Part shown: in pieces, positions 54,578 to 64,000 of the stretch
Layout of the letters: each line of letters starts with the position of its first letter
Position numbering within the stretch: the first letter of the stretch is position 1
The notes under the pieces: model-generated
The model's input: the letters and a program-made list of their open reading frames with translations, nothing else
What the model was told of the DNA's origin: nothing
The model's database searches: none
Made by a program: the position numbers and the translations under genes
Assembly: GCA_963808625.1 (NCBI GenBank)
Contig: CAWEHK010000051.1
Coordinates: 32,001-96,000 of the forward strand
Length of the DNA: 64,000 bases
Direction: 5' to 3'
Origin: an uncultured delta proteobacterium
GTDB lineage: Bacteria; Desulfobacterota; Syntrophobacteria; Syntrophobacterales; Syntrophobacteraceae

Positions 54578-56056
54578 TGCTTGCCGTAATCGTTTTCATT
54601 TGCGGTGCCGCGGTGATGGTTCTGGAGATCGTAGGATCGCGCATCCTCGCTCCCTATCTGGGGTCATCCATCATCGTCTGGTCGAGCTTGATCGGGATTG
54701 TCCTGGGGTCGCTGAGTCTCGGCTCCTGGTGGGGAGGAAAACTTGCCGACCGGAACCCGAGCTATCGGGCTTTGGCCTTCATCATTTTTCTCGCCGCCGT
54801 CTTTACCGCCGCCATCGCCTTTTCTAAAGCTTCCACCCTGGACACCCTGCAGCACTACGCAGGAAGTATCCATCTGGCATCATCCCTGGCAACGCTCATC
54901 CTTTTTGCTCCGCCGAGCGTCCTGCTTGGTATGGTACCCCCTTACGCCGTCCGGCTGAAGATCAGGGATCTTCAGGAAGCCGGCCGGACCGTCGGAGGAT
55001 TGTATGCGATCTCCAGCGTGGGCAGCATCTTCGGGACCTTCCTGACAGGTTTTGTGCTGATTGCTTCCTTCGGAAGCACAAATATCCTCTTTATCCTGGC
55101 CCTCGTGCTTGCCTTGACCTCACTGTTGGCATCATGGCGAGACCGGCTCATGAAGATTGCCGGGAATGGTCCTGTTGATCGGGTTCTGGGCCGGTGTACA
55201 AGGCTATGAAGCCTATCTTGCCGACCTCGGTTTTCACGATATCGATACCCGGTACAGCCGGATCTTCATTTACCCTTCCGCCAAAGAGCAAACCGGAGAA
55301 CCCATCCGGGTCATGGCCACTCATCCAAAAGCGGTGCAATCGGCCATGTACCTCGCCGACCCGATTGCGCTGGCTGTTGATTATATTAAATATTATCAAA
55401 TGGTTACGCATTTCAAACCCGACATGAAGAACTTGTTGATGCTGGGAGGCGGCGGCTATTCCTTCCCCAAATTTGCTTTGGCTCAATACCCTGAAGTACA
55501 GATGGATGTGGTGGAGCTCGATCCGGAGGTGACGGCACTGGCCAGAAGATTCTTTGCTCTCGCAGACAATCCGAGACTCTCGATCTTCCACGAAGATGCC
55601 AGATGTTTCCTCAATGAACAGAGGAAGAAATATGATGTCATCCTCGGCGATGCTTTCGGTTCGCATTATTCCATTCCGTTCCATCTGAGCACCATCGAAG
55701 CCGTCACCGGGATGTATGATGCACTCGTTGACGACGGCTTGGTTCTGGTAAACATTCTCGGCGCTCTCGAGGGCGATGCGGGACGCTTCTTGAGAGCGGA
55801 ACATGCGACATTTAAATCCGTATTCCCTTGGGTGTACCTTTTTCCTGTTGCCGATCCCGCCGATAGCCGGAGGTGGCAGAACATCATGTTAGTTGCGCTT
55901 AAGGGAAGGTCAGAGCCTTGCCTCAAGAGTGACGATACGGTGCTCGCGCAGCTGCTGTCCCATCTTTGGGCAGGTCCCACCGTCGAAGACCTTCCGCCTC
56001 TGAGGGATGATTACGCTCCGGTGGACTATTACGCTTCACTGCTTAAGTGGTACTAA
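54571..56056 (+). CDS. Fused MFS-like membrane domain / spermidine synthase-like protein (frameshift ~55165)
   Basis: MVLEIVGSRILAPYLG, GGKLAD, LYAISSVGSIFG; LMLGGGGYS, VVELDP, EDAR, YDVILGDAF. Confidence 0.85.
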
Positions 56057-56065
56057 CTTTTCGTT

Positions 56066-56083
56066 GTGTGAAAAACTTCATAT
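56066..56083. promoter_or_regulatory. Possible Rex-like operator upstream of the fdh promoter
   Basis: GTGTGAA-AAAC-TTCATAT versus consensus TTGTGAA-N4-TTCACAA; TTGACA at ~56145. Confidence 0.3.
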
Positions 56084-56385
56084 TAATACTCGCCAATGCG
56101 CATTGGTTCATCTTCCGATCCCGGCGATTTCTCTCAAACGATCATTGACAATTCCTTGAGAATTAGAGTATTGCTGTATTGTGCAAAGGGAATGGTTTTT
56201 TTATCTCGCCAGGTGATTGCGGAATGAGCCTTTAGAATGACTTACTTTTTGCCGGCCTACCGAAACATTTCACAAAGCAAGGAGGTGTACCCCAGTCGAG
56301 AACTGTATTGCGCTGATTTCTGGAAATCCTTTTCGAATTCAATTGGTTAACACTTACTAGAGCCAACCTTTTGAGGACAAAGAGT

Positions 56386-59300
56386 ATGAAGCTGACACGA
56401 CGAAATTTCCTCAAAATCTCTGGTGCAGCCACTGCGGGTCTTGCCGTGGGGGGATTGGGATTCAATCTCACCCCGGTACAGGCCTACTCGGGGCAGTTGC
56501 GCACCAAGGATGCCAAGGAAACACCGACCATTTGCTGCTACTGTGCGGTAGGGTGCGGGATCATCTGCCACACCGACGCAAAGACCGGCAAGGTTATTTA
56601 CACCGAAGGGGATGCCGATCATCCCATCAACGAGGGCGCCCTGTGCGCAAAGGGGGCTTCCCATTATCAGACTCGCCCAGAACCCCAAACGCATCACCAA
56701 GGTGCTGTACCGGGCACCCAACAGCGACAAGTGGCAGGAAAAGAGCTGGGACTGGGCCCTCAAAGAGATTGCCGAGCGCGTCAAGAAGACCCGCGACGCC
56801 ACTTTCACCGCCAAGAACGACAAGGGACAGGTGGTCAACCGCTGCAACGGGATCGCTTCGGTGGGCAGCGCCGCCATGGACAATGAGGAATGCTGGATCT
56901 ACCAGGCCATGCTGCGTGCTCTCGGACTGGTTTACATCGAACACCAGGCCCGTATCTGACACAGCCCAACTGTAGCGGCTCTGGCAGAGTCGTTTGGACG
57001 CGGCGCAATGACCAATCACTGGATCGACCTTGCAAACAGTGATTGCATCCTGATCATGGGCAGCAATGCTGCCGAAAACCATCCCATTTCCTTCCGCTGG
57101 GTAATGAAGGCCAAGGACAGCGGCGGTATCGTCATCCACGTGGATCCCCGCTTCACCCGAACCTCCACCAAGGCGGATATCTATGCTCCGCTTCGCTCCG
57201 GAACCGACATTGCCTTCCTGGGCGGGATGATCAAGTACATCTTCGAGAATAACAAGTACTTCAAGGATTATGTCGTTAACTACACCAATGCCAGCTACAT
57301 CGTGGGCGAGAAGTACGATTTCAAGGACGGTCTCTTCTCCGGCTTCGACGCTCAAAAGCGCTCCTACGACAATACTCAGTGGGCTTTCGTCATCGAGGAA
57401 AACGGCCTCCCCAAGAAGGACCCGACCCTTCAGGATCCCCGTTGTGTGTTTCAGTTGCTGAAAAAGCACTACTCCCGCTACACTCCGGAAATGGTTTCCG
57501 CCGTCACCGGGACCCCCAAGGCTGACCTGCTCAAGGTCTATGAGGCCTACAGCGCCACCGGCGTTCCCGACAAGGCCGGAACCATCATGTATGCCATGGG
57601 CTTCTGCCAGCATACGGTCGGGGTCCAGAACATTCGGGCCATGGCCATGATTCAGCTGCTCCTTGGTAACATGGGAATCGCCGGAGGCGGGGTGAACGCT
57701 CTCCGCGGCGAGTCCAATGTGCAGGGTTCAACCGATGCCGGCCTTCTCTTCCATATTTGGCCGGGTTATTTGCCGGTGCCAACGGCGTCGGTCACCAGTC
57801 TTGCCGAATACAACAAGAAGTTCACCCCCGTCTCCAAGGACCCCCTCAGTGCCAACTGGTGGCAGAACCGCCCGAAGTACGTGGCGAGCTTTCTCAAAAC
57901 CATGTTTGGCGACGCTGCTCAGCCGGAAAACGAATTCTGCTACAGCTGGATGCCGAAGCCTGAGGATGGCAAGGCCTACAGCTGGCTGGATCTCTTCGAC
58001 GTCATGTACCGCAAAGAGCTCAAGGGGTTTTTCTCCTGGGGACAGAACCCGGCCTGCAGCGGCGGGAATTCCAACAAAACCCGGGAAGCCCTGACCAACC
58101 TCGACTGGATGGTGGTGGTGAATCTCTTCGACAACGAGACCGCATCCTTCTGGAAGGGACCGGGCATGGACCCGAAGAAGATCAAGACCGAGGTCTTCTT
58201 CCTGCCCTGTGCGGCATCCATGGAAAAAGAGGGCTCCATCTCCAACAGCGGCCGGTGGGCTCAGTGGCGTTACAAGGCCCAGAATCCGGTGGGTCAGGCG
58301 AAGCCGGACGGCGATATCATCTTCGAGCTCTTTAATGAAATCCGCAACCTCTACAAAAAACCCGGCGGGGCTTTCCCCGATCCGATCATGAAGTTGAATT
58401 GGAATTATGCCACCAACCACGCCTTCGATCCTCACCTGGTGGCAAAAGCCATCAACGGTTACTTCACCAAGGACGTGACCATTGGCGACAAGACCTACAA
58501 GAAGGGCGACCTGGTCCCCGCCTTTGCCATGCTCAAAGATGATGGGTCTACTTCCTGCGGCACCTGGATCTATTGCCAGAGCTACAACCAGGATGGCAAC
58601 AACATGGCCCGCCGTGACAAGGCCGATGACAGCGGCATCATGCTCTATCCGAAGTGGGCCTGGGCCTGGCCGGTCAATCGAAGGATCATTTACAATCGCG
58701 CTTCGGTTGACCCGACAGGAAAACCATGGAACCCGAAAAAACCCGTCATTGAATTCGTGGGTGAAGTCAAAGACGGCAAGTACACCACCCAGAAATGGAA
58801 AGGCGACATCCCCGATGGTCCCTGGTATCCTTTGAAGAACCCGGACGGCACCCCTCGCGAAGACGGGAAACTTCCGTTTATTATGAAAACCGACGGGATG
58901 GGAGCGCTTTTCGGACCGGGACTCAAGGATGGACCTTTCCCCGAGCACTATGAGCCCCTCGAGTGCCCGGTGGAAAAGAACCCGTTCAGTGCGCAGCTGA
59001 ACAATCCCGTAGCGGTGAGCTTCACCACGTCCAAGGACGCCATCAAGACCTGCGATCCGCGTTTTCCGTTTGTGTGCACCACCTACCGCGTCACCGAACA
59101 CTGGCAGACGGGCGTGCTGACGCGCTGGCTGCCCTGGCTGATCGAGGCCGAACCCCAGATGTTTGTGGAGATGAGTGAAGAACTGGCAAAGAATCGCAAC
59201 ATCCAAAACGGGGAGAAGGTGATTGTGGAGTCACCGCGAGGCTCGCTCGAGGCGGTTGCGATTGTGACCAAGCGCTTCAAGCCTTTCAAGATCGGCGATC

Positions 59301-59458
59301 AGGAAGTCCATGAGATAGGCATTCCATGGCATTTTGGCTGGGTTTGGCCCGCCGAGGGAGGAGAGAGCGCCAACCTGCTGACTCCTGCCGTCGGAGACCC
59401 CAATACCAGGATCCCTGAGAGCAAGGCTTTTATGGCAAATGTGCGGAAGAAAGGTTAA
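56386..59458 (+). CDS. fdhA: Periplasmic Mo/W formate dehydrogenase alpha subunit, selenocysteine-containing (frameshift ~56660)
   Basis: Tat signal TRRNFLK, CCYCAVGC...LCAKG, EHQARI-UGA-HSPTVAALAESFGRGAMTNHW, LRGESNVQG. Confidence 0.95.
56957..56995 (+). promoter_or_regulatory. Sec codon (TGA 56957-56959) and SECIS hairpin
   Basis: In-frame TGA at the catalytic position, followed by hairpin GCGGCTCT-GGC-AGAGTCGT (56975-56993). Confidence 0.85.
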
Positions 59459-59461
59459 GTC

Positions 59462-60193
59462 ATGGCTGGAAAAAGCTTTTTCATAGACACGACACGTTGC
59501 ACGGCCTGCCGAGGTTGCCAGGTAGCCTGTAAGAACTGGAACCAGAACGGGGCCTCAATGACCAAGAATACAGGAAGCCATCAGAATCCGCCCGATTTGG
59601 ATGGCAACACCTTTAAACTCGTTCGCTTCAGCGAGGTGGAAGCGGAGGGCAAAGTAGATTGGTATTTCTTCGCCGATCAGTGCCGCCACTGTCTGGAACC
59701 CCCCTGCAAGGATGCCATAGGGGGGTATGAAAGTGAAGGTGCGGTGCAGGATGAAGCCACCGGGGCCGTCTATTACACGGCCAAGGCCAAGGAAGCTCCT
59801 TTTGATGAAGTCAGGACTTCATGCCCGTACGACATTCCCAGGCAGGCAGCCGACGGCCGCGTGGTGAAATGCACCATGTGCATCGACCGGATCAGCAATG
59901 GCTTGATCCCCGCCTGTGTCAAGATCTGTCCCACGGGGGCCATGAACTTTGGCGACCGGGATGCGATGCTGGCCATGGCCAATGAACGGCTGGAAAAACT
60001 GAAAGGCAAATACTCGAAGGCCCAGCTTCTCGACGCCGATCAAGTACGGGTAATCTACCTGGTGGTCGACGATCCCAGGAAGTATTGGAAGAACGCTATC
60101 GCCAGCTCGAATCACGGCATCGTGCACAAACTGGCCGCGCGATTTTTGCGCAGGCCGGCCCACGAACAGGCGCGGCCCGCTGTCGTCGGATAG
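59462..60193 (+). CDS. fdhB: Formate dehydrogenase Fe-S beta subunit
   Basis: CTACRGCQVAC, CRHCLEPPC, CPYDIP, KCTMC..R...PACVKICP. Confidence 0.92.
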   Translation: MAGKSFFIDTTRCTACRGCQVACKNWNQNGASMTKNTGSHQNPPDLDGNTFKLVRFSEVEAEGKVDWYFFADQCRHCLEPPCKDAIGGYESEGAVQDEATGAVYYTAKAKEAPFDEVRTSCPYDIPRQAADGRVVKCTMCIDRISNGLIPACVKICPTGAMNFGDRDAMLAMANERLEKLKGKYSKAQLLDADQVRVIYLVVDDPRKYWKNAIASSNHGIVHKLAARFLRRPAHEQARPAVVG

Positions 60194-60305
60194 GGAGGCG
60201 AAGAAGCTGTCTTCATTTTTTGTCGTTAGCCCGTAACACGGCAATCTCCGGGAGGGAAGCTGAGCGAGTTCAGCTTCCCTTTTCCGGTATTAGGAAAGGA
60301 CTTAG

Positions 60306-61211
60306 TTGAATACCGATACCAGGGAAATATACGAGAAGATCAAGCAGAGCTTTGCGCTGGCAAGAACTGAGAAATCTGCATATGAGGAATTTTATCCCTT
60401 CCTCGAGGCCCTGTTTTTGATCCAGGCCGCGCTCAAGGGCTCGCTCAAGCTTCTCCCACCGGAGCTTTCATCCGATCTGGTTCAAACCAAATGGGCTGAA
60501 GGGTTCCCGCTGCTCCGACGCTGGGAATTTCCGGTGGATGTCGAAGCCGCCGAGACGATCCTGACGCAGGTGAGGGGTCACATTCCCGAGGCGAACTACG
60601 CCTTCCGGGATGCGCATGCAGCTTTAAGACAGGCCCTCGATCGCCCCGCCGATCAAAAGACGGCAATCTGGCAAAGTTTCCTCGAACATGACTGGGACCC
60701 CTGGGAAGAATGGGTGATGACAGAAGGCATTGACATGTCGTCTTTGCTCTTTCTGGCCAGAAGCTGCCTTCGCCCCTCGCTGGATTGGGTCGCAGAAGAG
60801 ATTGCGCGACGGTTCCCTATTCCTGATACCTGGCTCAAAGGTTATTGTCCCATTTGCGGCTCCCTTCCGGCGCTGCTTTTTCTGCAGGGCGAGGGTGAGC
60901 GGAAGGGATATTGTTCATGGTGCGGAACGATTTGGGGGATGCATCGACTCCAGTGCCCCTCCTGTGATAATCGCCTTCATGAATCCCTCGGATACTTCCA
61001 GGTCGAGGGCGAACCCCAGTATCGGGTTAACTATTGCAGGCTGTGTAAGAGTTATTTTAAAATGATTGACACGAGGGAGCGGTTGGATTTTCCTTACCTG
61101 CCCCTCGAGGAGTGGACTACCCTGCATCTCGACCTGCTCGCCCAGAAGGACGGCTGGCAACAGCCCGCGTCTCCTTCGCCAGCAGTCTATTCGGAGTTAC
61201 GCGCAGAATAG
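60306..61211 (+). CDS. fdhE: Formate dehydrogenase accessory protein FdhE
   Basis: CPICGSLP, CSWCGTIW, CPSC, CRLCKSYFK, TLHLDLLA. Confidence 0.9.
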   Translation: MNTDTREIYEKIKQSFALARTEKSAYEEFYPFLEALFLIQAALKGSLKLLPPELSSDLVQTKWAEGFPLLRRWEFPVDVEAAETILTQVRGHIPEANYAFRDAHAALRQALDRPADQKTAIWQSFLEHDWDPWEEWVMTEGIDMSSLLFLARSCLRPSLDWVAEEIARRFPIPDTWLKGYCPICGSLPALLFLQGEGERKGYCSWCGTIWGMHRLQCPSCDNRLHESLGYFQVEGEPQYRVNYCRLCKSYFKMIDTRERLDFPYLPLEEWTTLHLDLLAQKDGWQQPASPSPAVYSELRAE

Positions 61212-61298
61212 TCGTCGCCCGTAAAGGACCAGTGATCGCTGTTCATAAAATGAGCTCACCACCTTCAACTTGAGCAAGGTGGGCTCAGGCCCGCGGAG

Positions 61299-62597
61299 TT
61301 GCCAGTGAAAAGACGAGCGCGAGCGATTCTAGGCGCCTTGATATGCTTTTGTTCGGCATGGTCCTGCGGCCAGACCCGCGATGCCACTATTTCCTATGAG
61401 CCCCCCCCCGGCGTGACTGACCACGAAATTGTCCTCGGCTCGTCGCTCCCTCTTACTGGTCATGCCAGCTATCTGGGCATCGAGACTTTCCAAGGTTACA
61501 TGTCCTATCTTCGTCAGGTCAACGATAATGGTGGGATCCACGGACGCAGAATCAGGGTGATCCCCTATGACGACAGCTATGACCCTCCGATGTGCCTGGT
61601 GAACACGCAGCGCTTTATCGTGGAGGATCAGGTTTTTGCTCTCTTCAGTTACGTCGGAACGCCAACAACCCTCAAGGCTCTTCCCCTTGTGTCGGGGGCC
61701 AGGGTCCCACTCCTTGGTGCGTTCACCGGCGCCCATGCGCTGCGTGAACCGCTCAGCCGCTACGTCATTAACATTCGGGCCTCTTACTATCAGGAAACAA
61801 GAGTTGCCATCCGCCATCTCGTAGAAGATCTTGGCATCAGCAAGATTGCCGTATTTTACCAGTATGATGCCTTTGGTTTCGATGGCCTCACCGGGGTGGA
61901 CCTTGCACTCAAAGATTTGGGCATGGTTCCCGTCGCCAGGGCATCTTATGCGCGCGGAACCTCCGATATCGACAAAGGGCTGGACCGGATCAAGGCGTCG
62001 GAGGCCGAGGCCGTCGTCATGATCGCCACCTACGAACCCTGTGCAAACTTCATCACTCTCGCCAATCAGCGGGGATTCAACCCGATTTTTGTCGCCGGTT
62101 CTTACGTGGGAGCGGAAGAATTGGCTCGTCGGCTCGCCCCGGATGCGAACGCGAACGTCATCACATCTCACGTTGTGCCTCCCCTGGAAGGAACCGAATC
62201 TTTGGCTCTGCTCGGCAGCACCTCGGAATACCTGGTGCTGCTCGCCCGCTATTTTCCCGGAGCCAAACCCAACGCTGTCGGATTGGAAGGTTACATCAAC
62301 GCGCGGGTCCTGGTCGAAGGATTGCAGCGCACCGGAAGAGAACTGACACGGGAGGGCTTCATCGACGTCATCGAGTCCATGCAGCATTACCCTCTGGCAA
62401 CAGACCTGATCATTTCTTACAGCCCGACCGATCATCAGGGACTTGACAGCGTTTATTTCACCCACCTTGAAAACGGTCGTTTCGTCCTCATTGAGGACTG
62501 GGAAACGATCAGGGAGGCTCATAAGCGGAGAGGTGCCATCCATGACCCCCCTGCGGGCACATCGGACAATGCTGGAATTCATGAAAAGATTCAGTGA
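61299..62597 (+). CDS. Periplasmic ligand-binding protein (LIV-BP/PBP1 type) coupled to the sensor kinase
   Basis: GVTDHEIVLGSSLPLTG, GGIHGRRI, YDDSYDP, YVGTPT, NIRASYYQE; overlaps the kinase start. Confidence 0.85.
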   Translation: MPVKRRARAILGALICFCSAWSCGQTRDATISYEPPPGVTDHEIVLGSSLPLTGHASYLGIETFQGYMSYLRQVNDNGGIHGRRIRVIPYDDSYDPPMCLVNTQRFIVEDQVFALFSYVGTPTTLKALPLVSGARVPLLGAFTGAHALREPLSRYVINIRASYYQETRVAIRHLVEDLGISKIAVFYQYDAFGFDGLTGVDLALKDLGMVPVARASYARGTSDIDKGLDRIKASEAEAVVMIATYEPCANFITLANQRGFNPIFVAGSYVGAEELARRLAPDANANVITSHVVPPLEGTESLALLGSTSEYLVLLARYFPGAKPNAVGLEGYINARVLVEGLQRTGRELTREGFIDVIESMQHYPLATDLIISYSPTDHQGLDSVYFTHLENGRFVLIEDWETIREAHKRRGAIHDPPAGTSDNAGIHEKIQ

Positions 62598-64000
62598 CAT
62601 CAGTCTGAAGAACAAGATCTTTTTTTCGATCCTGGCGGTGATTCTTATCATCAGTGCCGCCATCGCCTTCCTGGCCAGGTGGATCCTCATCTCCGGCCTC
62701 CTTGCCGAGCTCGAATTGCGGGGCTTTGCGATTGCACGAACCATTGCCGAACAAAGCAGCGAGTATGTTCTTAATAAGAACTACCCGCAGTTGTTGAGTC
62801 TGATCTTCGATGAGGCACAGGTCGAGGAGCGCAGGTATCTCGTCGATTACATCTTCATTGCAGATCAAGAGAACGGAGTGCTCAGCCACACCTTCACGCA
62901 TCCCCTCCCCGACGACTTGCGTCTTGCCAACCAGATCCCTACCACCGCAAAGAAAAGTGTGAAGCTCATCGCGGTTGACAAACAGGCGGTTTACGATATC
63001 GCGCTGCCCATCAACGAGGGTCTTTACCGCATCGGCACGGTACATGTGGGTTTGAACAAGGGAAACATCGACAACCTTGTTTCCAAACTGCGGTTTACGT
63101 TTCTGGGTTTCATCTCGCTGGTGATCGTGATCGTATTCATTGTGAGCCACAGGATAGCCAAGTACATCACGAGACCCATCTCGAGACTGACGGAGATTTC
63201 GGACGAGCTCAGTCGTGGCAATTTCGACATCGAACTGGATCATGGGAGTGCGCCGGTTGGGTGGGAGTCGTCGGATTGCCCGGCCTACGTCAATTCGGAC
63301 ATCCGCTGCTCATACCTCGATGGTTCCCCTGGTTCCGGCAAAGGTCTCCAAAGTACCACGCCGACCGATATGCTGATCTGCCAGCAGTGTGTGTTTTACC
63401 AAAAGCGCGAGGGCGATGAAGTAGCCCAGCTTGCTGATTCTTTCCGCAACATGGTCTGGAGTATCAAGCTCTATCGCCGGCGGTTGTATGAATCCGAAGA
63501 GAAATACCGTTCCTTGTTCGACAACGGTCCGGATGCCGTTTTTTTAGTGGACAGCAACACTCTTGGCATCATCGACGCCAATCCTCGAGCCGTGGAACTT
63601 TATGGCTATGCGAAGAGCGAATTGCTGACCAGGTCGTTCCTCGAATTGGGATCCGCTCCCGGCGAAAGTCTCGGGATAGCTTCCGCCAAGGAGACGGATG
63701 ATCTGGGTTGCGTCTTCTACCAAAAGGTGCTCCAGCACAAGAAAGGTGATACACCCTTTTTCGTTAATCTTCATGCCTGCCACATCAGTCTCAAGGGCAA
63801 ACCGATTATTGTTGTCGCGGTTACGGACATCACGGAAATAGTGGAAAAAGAAACGCAGCTGATCCAGGCGAGTAAGATGAAATCTCTCGGCGAGATGTCT
63901 GCAGGGATCGCTCATGAGCTTAACCAACCGCTTAACGCGATAAAGATGGGGAGTGATTTCCTGATCATGATGACAGAAGGAAACCTGGAAATTCCTAAAA
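62581..64000 (+). CDS. Sensor histidine kinase (TM-periplasmic-TM-HAMP-PAS-HisKA), runs off the window
   Basis: Open frame from ATG 62581; ITRPISRL...GDEVAQLADSF (HAMP), SEEKYRSLFD (PAS), MSAGIAHELNQPL (H-box). Confidence 0.9.
   Translation, partial: MKRFSDISLKNKIFFSILAVILIISAAIAFLARWILISGLLAELELRGFAIARTIAEQSSEYVLNKNYPQLLSLIFDEAQVEERRYLVDYIFIADQENGVLSHTFTHPLPDDLRLANQIPTTAKKSVKLIAVDKQAVYDIALPINEGLYRIGTVHVGLNKGNIDNLVSKLRFTFLGFISLVIVIVFIVSHRIAKYITRPISRLTEISDELSRGNFDIELDHGSAPVGWESSDCPAYVNSDIRCSYLDGSPGSGKGLQSTTPTDMLICQQCVFYQKREGDEVAQLADSFRNMVWSIKLYRRRLYESEEKYRSLFDNGPDAVFLVDSNTLGIIDANPRAVELYGYAKSELLTRSFLELGSAPGESLGIASAKETDDLGCVFYQKVLQHKKGDTPFFVNLHACHISLKGKPIIVVAVTDITEIVEKETQLIQASKMKSLGEMSAGIAHELNQPLNAIKMGSDFLIMMTEGNLEIPK

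Noticed and set aside
57728..59206. Long antisense ORFs (also 49953-51206, 61329-62744, 12658-13749)
   Set aside because: These are shadow frames of GC-rich genes on the opposite strand, with no recognisable motifs.

Overview
This is a GC-rich bacterial window whose gene content resembles anaerobic Desulfobacterota/Syntrophobacterales (inference). It has many single-base frameshifts, even in purA, uvrC and fdhA, most likely long-read assembly indels. The left ~38.8 kb is an accessory-looking block ending at the 3' end of tRNA-Pro(CGG). It holds toxin-antitoxin modules and gene relics, a putative Ni/Co acquisition region (TonB, two TonB-dependent receptors, FecBCD-type ABC system, nucleoside-hydrolase/FmdE fusion, cooT-DUF3842-cooT, CbiMQO-type ECF transporter, DUF4198), and a corrinoid salvage operon (cbiK, btuB, BtuF-CbiZ fusion, tonB, btuFCD) controlled by two cobalamin riboswitches. 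The right ~25 kb is core genome: uvrC, DUF721, SPL-like radical SAM, purC, tilS, proS, hsp20, htpX, purA, a selenocysteine formate dehydrogenase fdhABE and a sensor kinase. The main discovery is a recurring leader element I do not recognise, present six times between 3.9 and 19 kb, five of them directly before metal-uptake transcription units. It consists of an upstream hairpin, then a GCC-ANGAA-GGC hairpin that overlaps the 5' arm of an intrinsic terminator. It looks like a dual-hairpin antitermination regulon, with the CooT/DUF3842 operon as candidate effector. Other notable items are a catalytically dead but open IS630-derived protein, a Cys4 insertion inside a HAMP domain, and strand-biased heptamer arrays at gene 3' ends.
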